Virus record (IMG/VR): IMGVR_UViG_3300022660_000043 | Reading direction: 5' to 3' (one strand) | From: a virus | Lineage: Duplodnaviria > Caudoviricetes | Length of the DNA stretch: 64,000 nt | In this document: one piece after another, positions 1 to 9,154 of the stretch | How positions within the stretch are numbered: position 1 is the first letter of the stretch | How the letters are laid out: each line of letters opens with the position of its first letter | Notes under the pieces: generated by a model | Database searches by the model: none | The model's input: the letters and a program-made list of their open reading frames with translations, nothing else | Told to the model about the DNA's origin: nothing | Translations under genes and position numbers: made by a program

Positions 1-83
1 TTTTCTTATAGCTTTTATACAAAGCTTTCTGTTCTTTTCTAAATACTTTCATATAATATTATACAATATTTCCAAATCTATTG

Positions 84-1115
84 TTATTTTAGAATTTCGG
101 CCAATTCAGCCTCTAGAATATCACTATTACCGAGTTTAGCTCTGCAGCATTCTGCAAACTTCGCACACTGGTCTACACAAAGAGAAGCAATATCGAAGTC
201 ATCAGTTTCGCTTTCTGTAGGATCTTTTATAGCAATAATTCTGGATTCTACAATATTAGTTAGCGTTGCAAGTTTATCTCTTACTTGTTGAATGCACTTA
301 TCCTTGCACTTGATAGACAAAACAGCATTCTGTTTCAAATTATCAAACTGTACTAAATCATCTACTGAGTTAACTTCAAGTTTATAAAAATTAAAAGCAT
401 AAGGATTCTCAATAAAATCACAACTCATTTTCTCAGTATCAATAATCAGTACCCTGTGCATATACTTATTTGCATCCTCACTGAAATCCTTGCCAGTTAA
501 ATTACCGAGATTCATTACAGCTGGAGCAATAGGCATACCATTATGTAAATGACCATTAACGCATAAGTGGCTAATCTTAGAAAACTCATCAATAGAAAAA
601 CCTGTTCTCGATATTACAGGCCCCATTTGAATACCTATAATATCATTATGAGAAAACAGAATTCTGAGCTTATCTTTAATAGGTGGAAAGTATTCAGTAA
701 TTGGCTTTCTGTTGCTTTCAACAACATAAGGTAAAAAAGCAAGTTCTACATTTTGTCCAACATAGCGGATAATAGGCTCATTAATAACATAACGAGAAAA
801 ACCACTTAAAGCCATAGTAGAACTATATTGCAGATCATTCTCTTCACTTTCATGATTGCCTACTAAAAAGTAATGAGGAATATCAGACCACTGAATATCA
901 TTCAAAGCTGTAAGCTCCTGATCAGTAAGCTGTGGATGGTCAAAAAAATCGCCTAAACAGACTATATGCTCGCAGCCTTGCTGTTTTGCTATATCCTCGA
1001 CCCAATTAAGCGATTGAAGCTGATTTTCAAGTCGTAGTGTGTATCTAGTTCCATATTTAGTAACTATTGAAGACTTTTCACTGAAGTGATTGTCTGTGTA
1101 ACATAAAATTTTCAT
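84..1115 (-). CDS. sbcD: SbcD/Mre11-like metallophosphoesterase nuclease (T4 gp47-like)
   Basis: Motifs TDNH, LGDFFD, VGNHE, FSH, NGHLH. Confidence 0.85.
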   Translation of the reverse strand: MKILCYTDNHFSEKSSIVTKYGTRYTLRLENQLQSLNWVEDIAKQQGCEHIVCLGDFFDHPQLTDQELTALNDIQWSDIPHYFLVGNHESEENDLQYSSTMALSGFSRYVINEPIIRYVGQNVELAFLPYVVESNRKPITEYFPPIKDKLRILFSHNDIIGIQMGPVISRTGFSIDEFSKISHLCVNGHLHNGMPIAPAVMNLGNLTGKDFSEDANKYMHRVLIIDTEKMSCDFIENPYAFNFYKLEVNSVDDLVQFDNLKQNAVLSIKCKDKCIQQVRDKLATLTNIVESRIIAIKDPTESETDDFDIASLCVDQCAKFAECCRAKLGNSDILEAELAEILK

Positions 1116-1127
1116 ATATCTCCTAAA

Positions 1128-1160
1128 AAAGGTAACGCAGACAAAAGACCACGTTACCTT
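1128..1160 (-). terminator. Probable intrinsic terminator
   Basis: Inverted repeat aaggtaacg/cgttacctt followed by a T-run on the minus strand. Confidence 0.5.
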
Positions 1161-1186
1161 GGTTTAATTTAACGGGTGGGATTAGA

Positions 1187-1756
1187 TTAATCGATATAGG
1201 TAGCTGCAAGATCAGCCATCTTAGTGAGAACTACAAGAGGATATTCTCTGTAAATAGTATGAATATCTCCGGCATAATCACTCTTAGCTGAAGACTGAAT
1301 GATAGCTTCTATTTGTTCGTCAGTAAAATCTACAAAGCGCTTTGCTATCATATAAGAACCAAAACTTACATCTCCAAAAGTAGGTCTTTGATCTTTATAC
1401 TTGTAGGCGGGCACAGATTCCCACATCCCGGTATTATCATTTTTAACACTCTTGAGATATTTCTCAAAGAGTTCAGTTTTGTACAAGTCCTTGAATAGTG
1501 CCACCTTAATTACATCTGCTTCTGTGTAACGCCCAGGAAAGTAAGCATTTACTAACTGAGCAAGTTCATAATATAGGTCTAGGGCATAATGACAAAGTCC
1601 TCCGTCATAAGCCTTAAAGGCATTGGTAGTAGCAGGCTTATTAAAATAATCCTTCTCTTCTAGGTACTTTACTAGTTCGGTAATATCAATGCCAAGCCTA
1701 GTCAAGAGCTGAGTAAATTGAAGTTTATTCTGATAAATCTGATTTTCGTCTAACAT
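1187..1756 (-). CDS. HD-domain-like protein, degenerate (KD instead of HD)
   Basis: PA..YDGGLCHYAL..VALFKDLYK..LTKMADL pattern matches phage HD hydrolases, but the metal-binding His is missing. Confidence 0.6.
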   Translation of the reverse strand: MLDENQIYQNKLQFTQLLTRLGIDITELVKYLEEKDYFNKPATTNAFKAYDGGLCHYALDLYYELAQLVNAYFPGRYTEADVIKVALFKDLYKTELFEKYLKSVKNDNTGMWESVPAYKYKDQRPTFGDVSFGSYMIAKRFVDFTDEQIEAIIQSSAKSDYAGDIHTIYREYPLVVLTKMADLAATYID

Positions 1757-1766
1757 AATTTCCTCC

Positions 1767-2573
1767 TCAATTAAACTTTGTTAGAAGTGTTGTTGCTAGC
1801 TTTTTAATATCTTTTTTAGCAGACTTATCTGACAGTGCGCCAATCGCATATACCCCAGGTACCAAGGTGCTCTCGCAATTTACAGTAACATCTGCTATGC
1901 CATTTGGTAACACAGAAAGATAGCGTTTTGTCCAAGACGGAATATCTGGGCTTCTGTCAAGTGCTACAACAAGAGCTTTAGTTGTAATATTTGTGTATGT
2001 GTCCAAAGAAACCTCAACAAGCTTGCCTTCCTTATCATTTTTACAACCAGTAATATTACAACCTTGTAAATGTACAATATTAGCAGTCTCATTAATTTTC
2101 TTGGCTAGTCTCTTATTATTACCTAATTCAAAATCAGGAGTACAAAGATACACGTAACAATATCTTTTTGCAAGATCAAGAGCATAAGAAACTGCAGTAT
2201 CATTATTTCCATAAATAACTACCGGCTCAGACTTGTGTTTGCCTATTAGATCAATAGCTTTGTACACGATATTTGAATTTTTTAATGAAGATTTAATAGG
2301 TTTAGTACCGGTTGCAAAAACTACATTACAACCAAAGACGGCACCTTTGGAAGTGGTTGTTTCAACATTTACACCAAAAAGGCCGTGAGAAAAAGATAAA
2401 AATACGGCAGTAGCTTCAAGTTGCTCCACACCTTCAAGTTTATGTTTTGATGTACGATACCTAAAGTGTGAACTTATAATAATTGTTTTACGGCCTTCGC
2501 CTGAAAGCTGCTCTGCCAAATCAAGGCCTTCAGGTGTAGCACCTATGATGATTGTTTCGTAAATATGAGCCAT
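1767..2573 (-). CDS. Thioredoxin reductase-like FAD-dependent oxidoreductase fold, lacking CxxC
   Basis: N-terminal IIIGATPEG, ATG motif, VVIYGNNDTA, C-terminal TLVPGVYAIG. Confidence 0.65.
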   Translation of the reverse strand: MAHIYETIIIGATPEGLDLAEQLSGEGRKTIIISSHFRYRTSKHKLEGVEQLEATAVFLSFSHGLFGVNVETTTSKGAVFGCNVVFATGTKPIKSSLKNSNIVYKAIDLIGKHKSEPVVIYGNNDTAVSYALDLAKRYCYVYLCTPDFELGNNKRLAKKINETANIVHLQGCNITGCKNDKEGKLVEVSLDTYTNITTKALVVALDRSPDIPSWTKRYLSVLPNGIADVTVNCESTLVPGVYAIGALSDKSAKKDIKKLATTLLTKFN

Positions 2574-2604
2574 AAAATTCTCCTTTTATATTATATAATA
2601 CAAC

Positions 2605-3519
2605 TTATTGAGAAGAATTCTGACATTTAATATATTCAAATAGCACTAGCTCATGGTTTTCTAAACCAGCCCAATGAGATGCTACTTGCTGTGTCTTGTT
2701 CTCTCTAGTCCATAAAGAATGATAAGGACAAAGATTTTTAGCTTCTGGCGACTGATTAGGATTTGTAGGACAAAACTCACACCAATGACAAAGAGGTGTA
2801 GGCTTAGGGGCAAAATCCTGCTCGTTAATAGCTGTCAAAAGATTTTGAAGCTTTTGTGTGCCCTCGTGCATAAAGCCTTCGGCTCCTGCGTCTTGCGTGA
2901 GATTACAAAAAGGCAGGTCATACTGACACTCTATATTATCTATTTCAACTCCATACAGCTCTTTCATTGCATGAGTATAGACTACGAACTGGAGTGGCAC
3001 AGCAAGATTTTTCTTTTCTACTGGAACTGCATAGGTTTTAATATCCTGTACGATATATTTATCAGTTCTAATATTATACAAAATACGGTCAATAAAACCA
3101 TGAAAAGTAACATCTGTTCCAGGTAGAATAAACTCGAACTCTTTCTCTGTATCAACTACCTTGAGATGCCCATTAGCCATTAAGAAATTATCCAGTCTAT
3201 AAATACCGGAAGTAAGGTACTCATAAATTTTTTCTTTACAAGTGCGACCGGATTTATCTTCTTGACCAAAAGATTCTTTATATTTGTACTCGAGTTCCAT
3301 AGCCTTCAAAATAAGATTATTCTTAAGAGCTATGTAGTTTATAGGCTCGCCAGCTTTAATAGCATTTGCGATCGTTTCTTCAGTCTCATGGATAGCTGTA
3401 CCAAGCTCTGTAGCAAGTCCACCAGTATCGACGAAGTGCTTATCTACATATCTTAGCTTATATCTAAAACCACATTGTGAATAAGTGTCAATTTTAGAAT
3501 AAGAAAATCTTTCTCCCAT
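2605..3519 (-). CDS. Cas4/RecB-like PD-(D/E)XK exonuclease with Fe-S cysteines
   Basis: FSYSKIDTYSQC, GFIDRI, DIKT, QFVVY, CHWCEFC. Confidence 0.85.
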   Translation of the reverse strand: MGERFSYSKIDTYSQCGFRYKLRYVDKHFVDTGGLATELGTAIHETEETIANAIKAGEPINYIALKNNLILKAMELEYKYKESFGQEDKSGRTCKEKIYEYLTSGIYRLDNFLMANGHLKVVDTEKEFEFILPGTDVTFHGFIDRILYNIRTDKYIVQDIKTYAVPVEKKNLAVPLQFVVYTHAMKELYGVEIDNIECQYDLPFCNLTQDAGAEGFMHEGTQKLQNLLTAINEQDFAPKPTPLCHWCEFCPTNPNQSPEAKNLCPYHSLWTRENKTQQVASHWAGLENHELVLFEYIKCQNSSQ

Positions 3520-4418
3520 TAACCCACCATCCTTAAAATAAGATACTCTAACTGTCTCTGATTAGACATGTCAAGTAATCCAGACTTTAGTTTAAGGTCA
3601 ATAGATGAAAGAATATCCAATTTATGTTGAAGTACTGGTAGAGGCAAGCCGAGAGGATAACGTTTACCATTGTTATATTGCTTAGGCGTAATACCAAGAT
3701 CCTCAGCTGACATATTACTAAACTCTACTAGTAAACTAATCTTAACCTTATTAAGCGCAAGACCCACAATACCAAGTAGCTCAGCCTTAGTAGCCGAAGA
3801 ATACTGTAAAAACTGTCTTAGAAGCTGAATATCTGATTTTACCAAAGCATCAGCAAGTGCAAAATTTGAAACTTCATATAAAGGTGACTCAGGAGTATGA
3901 GTTAAATAAAAGTGCACGGTGCTCTGCTCTTCTGGATCAAAAAGATTAATCTTATCTAACTCATTTACAATTCTATAGATATTACCTTTTGTTGCTGCAT
4001 AAAGTTCTTCAATCTCCTGCGCTGTGATATTAGGTCTAAGCTTTTTCATATAAGACTTTACCTGCCAAGCTTCAAGAACTGGAATATCAATAATATAATC
4101 AGCAACAACCTTAGAAAGCTTCTTATCTACTTTTTCGCAGACTACAACAGTATTTGTAAATCTAGAGTAATCAGTAGCTGCTTCATCAAAAGTCTCCGTA
4201 TAAATCACTCTGAGATTATTCTCAAAGCCCATGACTAAAGATAGTGCAGAGTCTTGCTCAAAAATACTATCAGCCAGAGTTTTTTCAAGCTGCTTAATTT
4301 CACAGATAGCGTCAATATAAGTATTAGCAATAAAGTTGTTCTCTTCACATACAAAAATAATGAAGTTATCAGGAACTTCTCTATTCTGAATGCATTGCTT
4401 AAGCTCTTGCAGGTTCAT
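3519..4418 (-). CDS. holA: DNA polymerase III delta-like clamp-loader subunit
   Basis: GNIYRIVNELDKI, FALADAL, SIDLKLKSG; adjacent to holB/dnaX-like genes. Confidence 0.7.
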   Translation of the reverse strand: MNLQELKQCIQNREVPDNFIIFVCEENNFIANTYIDAICEIKQLEKTLADSIFEQDSALSLVMGFENNLRVIYTETFDEAATDYSRFTNTVVVCEKVDKKLSKVVADYIIDIPVLEAWQVKSYMKKLRPNITAQEIEELYAATKGNIYRIVNELDKINLFDPEEQSTVHFYLTHTPESPLYEVSNFALADALVKSDIQLLRQFLQYSSATKAELLGIVGLALNKVKISLLVEFSNMSAEDLGITPKQYNNGKRYPLGLPLPVLQHKLDILSSIDLKLKSGLLDMSNQRQLEYLILRMVG

Positions 4419-5229
4419 GTGCTACCTCCCATAAATGATTAATAAAATTAAGCATGAAAGCTTCTTTGTTGATAAACTTGTTAATAATCTTTTGACGCTG
4501 TTCTATCGTATAACGATAAACTTCAAAGCTAAACTCATCTCCTGTTGCTTTAAACTTTTCAAAAGCTGAGTAGGCCAAGATCTCAAGGAATAGATTGAAA
4601 TCATACTTAGTGTTTTCTTCTTTCTTAGTGCTGATCTTATTTACTACACAAAGAGCATCTGAGTAGTCAAAAGTTCTCAATCTCGGAAACTGCTTAAGCA
4701 TATTCTCGCACAGCTGTAAGATATTTACAAAAGTATCAGAATTGCCAAGATCATTTAGCTTACCAGGTGTATTACAAAATCTATAGACAAGTGGGTCTGC
4801 ATTCTGAGGCGCCCAAGAAAAACACTTCAGCTCTTCCTCGGTATAAGCTTCAAAAGTAAGCTTCAAGCATCTATTAAGAATAGTAGGAAGAATTCCAACC
4901 TCTGACTCAGCACCAAGAACAACTTTCATAGTAGAAGAAGGCTCTTCAATAAACTTAAGAAATTTATTCTGGCCTTTTTCAGTTATCTGTGTCAGATCAA
5001 TCCAATATAGTCTAGTAATTGGATATTGTGCATAGTCAATAAGATCCTCTGCAGTAGTCTTATCATCAACAGCTACGATATCAATACCAAGACTATTAGC
5101 AAGTTTATTAGCTATGGTAGTTTTACCGCAACCTTTTTCACCGAGTAGAAGGATAGTACTAGGCATAGAAGAGAGTGTATAATTAGACAAAATAGATACA
5201 AGCTTTTTCTGCCCAATAATAGTATTCAT
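4399..5229 (-). CDS. holB: DNA polymerase III delta'-like clamp-loader subunit
   Basis: IIGQ, Walker A GEKGCGKT, NKFLKFIEEP, ILPTILNRC. Confidence 0.75.
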   Translation of the reverse strand: MNTIIGQKKLVSILSNYTLSSMPSTILLLGEKGCGKTTIANKLANSLGIDIVAVDDKTTAEDLIDYAQYPITRLYWIDLTQITEKGQNKFLKFIEEPSSTMKVVLGAESEVGILPTILNRCLKLTFEAYTEEELKCFSWAPQNADPLVYRFCNTPGKLNDLGNSDTFVNILQLCENMLKQFPRLRTFDYSDALCVVNKISTKKEENTKYDFNLFLEILAYSAFEKFKATGDEFSFEVYRYTIEQRQKIINKFINKEAFMLNFINHLWEVAHEPARA

Positions 5230-5241
5230 AGCCTTACCTCC

Positions 5242-6255
5242 TTACTTACAAAATTTCAACAAAAAGGCCTCAATAGTAGATTTATAAAAAGAATCATAAC
5301 GAATCTCCAGCTTGACCTGAAGCAGAGTATCAATAAGATTAATCAGCCAATTATAATCATGAATAAATCCAATTACGTTCTGAACGTTGGGCTCAAGATA
5401 AACAGGAATGTTGGTAGCATTGATATCCTTAAACATGTAGTATTTAGAAAAATCAAGAACGAATTCAATAAATACTTCGATAAAGCTCTTAAGATCCGCA
5501 CCAGAGTTGTAAAGCTGATCTGTAGTATAAAGCACTCCTGCGCTATTTTTTTCAGCAAGAGAGTAGATCAGATAGAGCATAGCATCATATGACGAAGTAT
5601 TAAGTACCTGCTGAGCATTTGCAAGAATAAGATCAGTATCAAAGTCTGCACACTGCTCAAGCTTCATAATAGCATCTCTCATGCAACCATGAGTTGTCTT
5701 GCTGATAAGATCGCAAGTCTTCTCAAAATTAGTAAAGCCTTCAGCTAAGCAAATATTCATAAGTCTTGTCTTAATTTCATCTGCACTAATTTTGGTAATA
5801 TTATATCTCTGCATACGATTAAGTACGGCCTCTGGAATCTTATTAGGCTCGGTGGTGCAGAAAATATAAATAGTAAAAGGCGGTGCCTCTTCAAGACCCT
5901 TAAGATAAGCCTGCCAGCCTTGAGTAGTAATAGCATGACACTCATCAATAATGAAAATCTTGTATTCACTATCAAGAGCCCTCTGCTTACCTGCTTCCAT
6001 AATGGCTCGTACATCATCTACACCGTTATGGCTGGCTGCATCAATCTCTTCAAGAGTGCCTTTTCCTTGATTAATGGCATATCCAAAAATTCTAGCAAGG
6101 GTCGTTTTTCCGCAGCCAGAATCCCCTGCAAAAAGGTAGCAGTTCTTAAAATTACGGTTTTCAACTACTTTCTTAAGAATCTTAGTGGTAATACTCTGTC
6201 CACAAACTTCTTCAAAAGTCTTAGGACGGTACTTTACGGCTAATGTCTGTTTCAT
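5242..6255 (-). CDS. dnaX: DNA polymerase III gamma/tau-like clamp-loader ATPase
   Basis: LAVKYRPKTFEEVCGQ, GDSGCGKTT, EIDAAS, IIDECH, LKGLEE, GCMRDA. Confidence 0.92.
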   Translation of the reverse strand: MKQTLAVKYRPKTFEEVCGQSITTKILKKVVENRNFKNCYLFAGDSGCGKTTLARIFGYAINQGKGTLEEIDAASHNGVDDVRAIMEAGKQRALDSEYKIFIIDECHAITTQGWQAYLKGLEEAPPFTIYIFCTTEPNKIPEAVLNRMQRYNITKISADEIKTRLMNICLAEGFTNFEKTCDLISKTTHGCMRDAIMKLEQCADFDTDLILANAQQVLNTSSYDAMLYLIYSLAEKNSAGVLYTTDQLYNSGADLKSFIEVFIEFVLDFSKYYMFKDINATNIPVYLEPNVQNVIGFIHDYNWLINLIDTLLQVKLEIRYDSFYKSTIEAFLLKFCK

Positions 6256-6264
6256 AATTCCTCC

Positions 6265-6633
6265 TTACATTACTACTGTACTTAACATAGTTAATTCTTC
6301 TGTCGGAAGCCAACCAGACCACAAAACGTTAATATCCTGTCTTGTATTAGGATCAAATCCAAGGCTATCCACATAAATCATTTTACCTAAAGACTTTGAT
6401 ACAAAAATCTTTAAATATGGAAAACTAGGAGCGGTACCGTTATTATAATTTGCTGCTATTACGGAAGAACAATTATTTACAAGCGCTCCAGAAAGCTGAA
6501 CAAGGTACATTTTACCCAGTTCATAATGAGGCTTGCTATATCGCGGGATACGAAAAGTGCAAGTCTCAGGATCATAATTTGTTAGATTGGCATAACTACA
6601 TTTTTCTAATTGCTGTTTTATTAAATCTCTCAT
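6265..6633 (-). CDS. Hypothetical protein
   Basis: 122-aa ORF with SD and upstream promoter-like motif. Confidence 0.6.
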   Translation of the reverse strand: MRDLIKQQLEKCSYANLTNYDPETCTFRIPRYSKPHYELGKMYLVQLSGALVNNCSSVIAANYNNGTAPSFPYLKIFVSKSLGKMIYVDSLGFDPNTRQDINVLWSGWLPTEELTMLSTVVM

Positions 6634-6661
6634 AAAAATACCTCTCTAAATATAATACAAT

Positions 6662-6687
6662 AAAAGGGCCAGCAATTTGGCCCCTTT
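6662..6687 (-). terminator. Intrinsic terminator
   Basis: Minus strand aaaggggcca-aattgc-tggccctttt. Confidence 0.6.
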
Positions 6688-6694
6688 ACTTATA

Positions 6695-6841
6695 TTAGAA
6701 CTCAAATAAATTTTCATCCAAAGACCAGATATAATCTGTAGGTTCAGTTAACCGCATACTAACCAAAGTATCAATATCCTGTTCAGTAGCATTATCTGGC
6801 ACCTCAAACTTTTGTACAACAGCATAATAAACAGTTTTCAT
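6695..6841 (-). CDS. Small acidic hypothetical protein, 48 aa (not in ORF track)
   Basis: Manual translation MKTVYYAVVQKFEVPDNATEQDIDTLVSMRLTEPTDYIWSLDENLFEF; ATGA overlap with the upstream gene. Confidence 0.65.
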   Translation of the reverse strand: MKTVYYAVVQKFEVPDNATEQDIDTLVSMRLTEPTDYIWSLDENLFEF

Positions 6842-7230
6842 ATAGTTTCCTCTAACTCCATTAGTTTTTCTTGTAAAAACTGAAATAAGTATTCGTCAAT
6901 AATATAATGATTTTCTTCGTCAGGCCCAAAGTTAAATACTATTGCTTGATGAGGTGTTCCAGTAAGAAGGCATTCCTGTTTATTCTTTTCAAACCAATCC
7001 TTTTTAATGGAGATTGAATCTGAATGAGAAGTCTTTGTTTTACATTCTAATAAAAAACCATTTGCCCCCTTAGTGAGCACATCCCCCTTTGCAAAGGGGG
7101 TTGCGCCACTATTAGGGGTTTGTCTTCCGCCAACAGCTTTAGCAACTGTCCTTTCTTGGCGAGAAGAAAAATGACGGGTAGGTTTAGTGTTTTCGCCTTC
7201 TTTATTTCTAGTTCTAAGTCCTGCTGCCAT
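6838..7230 (-). CDS. Holliday junction resolvase-like PD-(D/E)XK nuclease
   Basis: QE..VAK, SGATPFAKGDV, LLECKT; directly downstream of recA. Confidence 0.65.
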   Translation of the reverse strand: MAAGLRTRNKEGENTKPTRHFSSRQERTVAKAVGGRQTPNSGATPFAKGDVLTKGANGFLLECKTKTSHSDSISIKKDWFEKNKQECLLTGTPHQAIVFNFGPDEENHYIIDEYLFQFLQEKLMELEETI

Positions 7231-8399
7231 TACGCGTCTGCAATATCAGCTGCTTTTGCTTCCTCAGAAACAGCTCTTTCCTGAGCATCTATCTCTGCTG
7301 TAGCTCTAGCATCAAGAAGCGAACCATAAGAAGCATCTTCATTTGCAATAGCTCTGTTAAGCATTGCAAGATACTGGGCCTGGAAAGGAATATTAGTCTT
7401 GATATACTCAATCAAGTCATTCTTTTTACCCTTAAGCTCTCTGCCTTCTTCATCATAAAAAGGCTCACCGGTATCAAGATTTACAAGCTGATAGGTAACA
7501 TTATTCAAACGAGGAATAAAATTAAATCCAATAGCAATCTCAAGAAGGTCATGTAGCCAATCCATACCAGTCGCATAACGGAAGGTCATAAAACCACCGC
7601 CACGATTACAAGGAGCAGTCTTATTCTTCATAATCTTAAACTGAAGTCTGAAACCATCAGCGCCTTCACCGTTTTGAGCTCCACAGGCATCCATATCATC
7701 ACCCTTAGTAAACTTACGAGTACCGAATCTTACAGACACTGAAGAATAGAACTGAGGAGCACCACCACAAGGCTCTTTCCACTTTTGAATACCAGTAAAG
7801 GTCTTGCCATCATCGCGCACCTGATTAATACAGATAAGCATATTATTCTTTTCTGTTACCGCAGACTGCATAATAGAAAGGAAAGGATAAAGCTTCTTTG
7901 CCATAGTACCTCTCATGCCTGCATCCTTAGTAAGATCATTTTCCAGAACAGCCTGAGGAACCATCGCAGGAAGTGAGTCTACAACAATTAGGCCAATATT
8001 ATCGCCCTTCTGAATTTCTACAATCATGTCACAAATCTGCTCACCAGACAGACCAATAGGATCTACATACATCAGTCTATTAGGATCAATACCACACATT
8101 GCAATCTGGAACTTGAGGTCCAAAGAATGCTCAATATCTACATAAACACAAATCTGATCAGGAAATCTACGTTGATAAGCAGCAAGAACTGCACAAGCTG
8201 CAGTACTTTTGCCAGAGTGCTGTAGACCAGAGAACACACAGATTCGTCCAAGAGGAAGTCCTCCAAACAAAGGATAATCCAAACCAAGAGCACCAGTTGA
8301 CAATCTTTCATATGTAGGCTTGATATTTGCTAACATACCAAGTTTATCCATCTTATACTCTTTACCAAATTTCTTAATAATTTCTTCTACACTAGCCAT
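7230..8399 (-). CDS. recA: RecA/UvsX recombinase (likely start MASVEE at 8399)
   Basis: LSTGALGLD..GGLPLGRI, Walker A GLQHSGKS, IVVDSL, INQVR, KNKTAP. Confidence 0.93.
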   Translation of the reverse strand: MASVEEIIKKFGKEYKMDKLGMLANIKPTYERLSTGALGLDYPLFGGLPLGRICVFSGLQHSGKSTAACAVLAAYQRRFPDQICVYVDIEHSLDLKFQIAMCGIDPNRLMYVDPIGLSGEQICDMIVEIQKGDNIGLIVVDSLPAMVPQAVLENDLTKDAGMRGTMAKKLYPFLSIMQSAVTEKNNMLICINQVRDDGKTFTGIQKWKEPCGGAPQFYSSVSVRFGTRKFTKGDDMDACGAQNGEGADGFRLQFKIMKNKTAPCNRGGGFMTFRYATGMDWLHDLLEIAIGFNFIPRLNNVTYQLVNLDTGEPFYDEEGRELKGKKNDLIEYIKTNIPFQAQYLAMLNRAIANEDASYGSLLDARATAEIDAQERAVSEEAKAADIADA

Positions 8400-8413
8400 T
8401 AATAATTCCTTTC

Positions 8414-8554
8414 TTAAAATCCCCAAGTTTTTTTACGAAGTTTCTTTCGGGCAGCTTCTTGTTTTTTATGAGTTTTACGTACAGTATTTTGCATTGCTTT
8501 ACGAGCTTTCTTAGCCCCTTCATTGCATTTTACTTTATGTAATGTTTGCCTCAT
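8414..8554 (-). CDS. Small highly basic protein, 46 aa (not in ORF track)
   Basis: Manual translation MRQTLHKVKCNEGAKKARKAMQNTVRKTHKKQEAARKKLRKKTWGF with GGAG SD. Confidence 0.6.
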   Translation of the reverse strand: MRQTLHKVKCNEGAKKARKAMQNTVRKTHKKQEAARKKLRKKTWGF

Positions 8555-8565
8555 AAAAATTCTCC

Positions 8566-9096
8566 TTATTCGTTTAGAGTAATTCTACCGTTTGTAGTTG
8601 GAGCAATATCATTACTTGCTCCGATATTCATAAACTTAGCTTCTTGCATACGGCTCATAAGAATGCTCTTAAGAACATCTACCAAACGATGAATAGCATC
8701 AAGTTTAGTTTTCAAAAGGCTAGCTACCAAGGTATAAAGAGCCTCAGTGGCAGTCTCAGCAGAAGTAGCAACAGTAGCTAATTTATCTTTGACAGCCGCG
8801 CTGCCATCAGCACCATTAAAACTTACTGCAAAATGCTCTTTTTGAGTAATTTCTGCAAGCTCCGCTTTAAGAGCTGCACGTTCTTTCATTTCACTAATAC
8901 CATAAGCTTTAAGCTGAAGCATTAGCAAATACTCTCTAAGCTGATCTACTGATAAGGAGTTGACTCTTGTATCAATTTGATTAACTAGCTCATCAATAGG
9001 TGCAAAGGTAGGTGCAAGAAAATCATCTGCAATATTCACCAACTCCCTATATTGGGTTTCCACAGTCGTAAGAGCAGTCTCTAATTTCTGATTCAT
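8566..9096 (-). CDS. Helical/coiled-coil protein, possibly UvsY-like recombination mediator
   Basis: Helical composition and position upstream of recA; function is inference. Confidence 0.4.
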   Translation of the reverse strand: MNQKLETALTTVETQYRELVNIADDFLAPTFAPIDELVNQIDTRVNSLSVDQLREYLLMLQLKAYGISEMKERAALKAELAEITQKEHFAVSFNGADGSAAVKDKLATVATSAETATEALYTLVASLLKTKLDAIHRLVDVLKSILMSRMQEAKFMNIGASNDIAPTTNGRITLNE

Positions 9097-9154
9097 ATAT
9101 CCTCCTCAATAAAAATATCTCTATATATTATACGATTATTCCAGTATTATTTTT

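Noticed and set aside
6290-6376. tRNA-like GGATCAAATCC (T-loop-like) on the plus strand
   Set aside because: Lies antisense within a CDS; no acceptor, D or anticodon stems could be formed.
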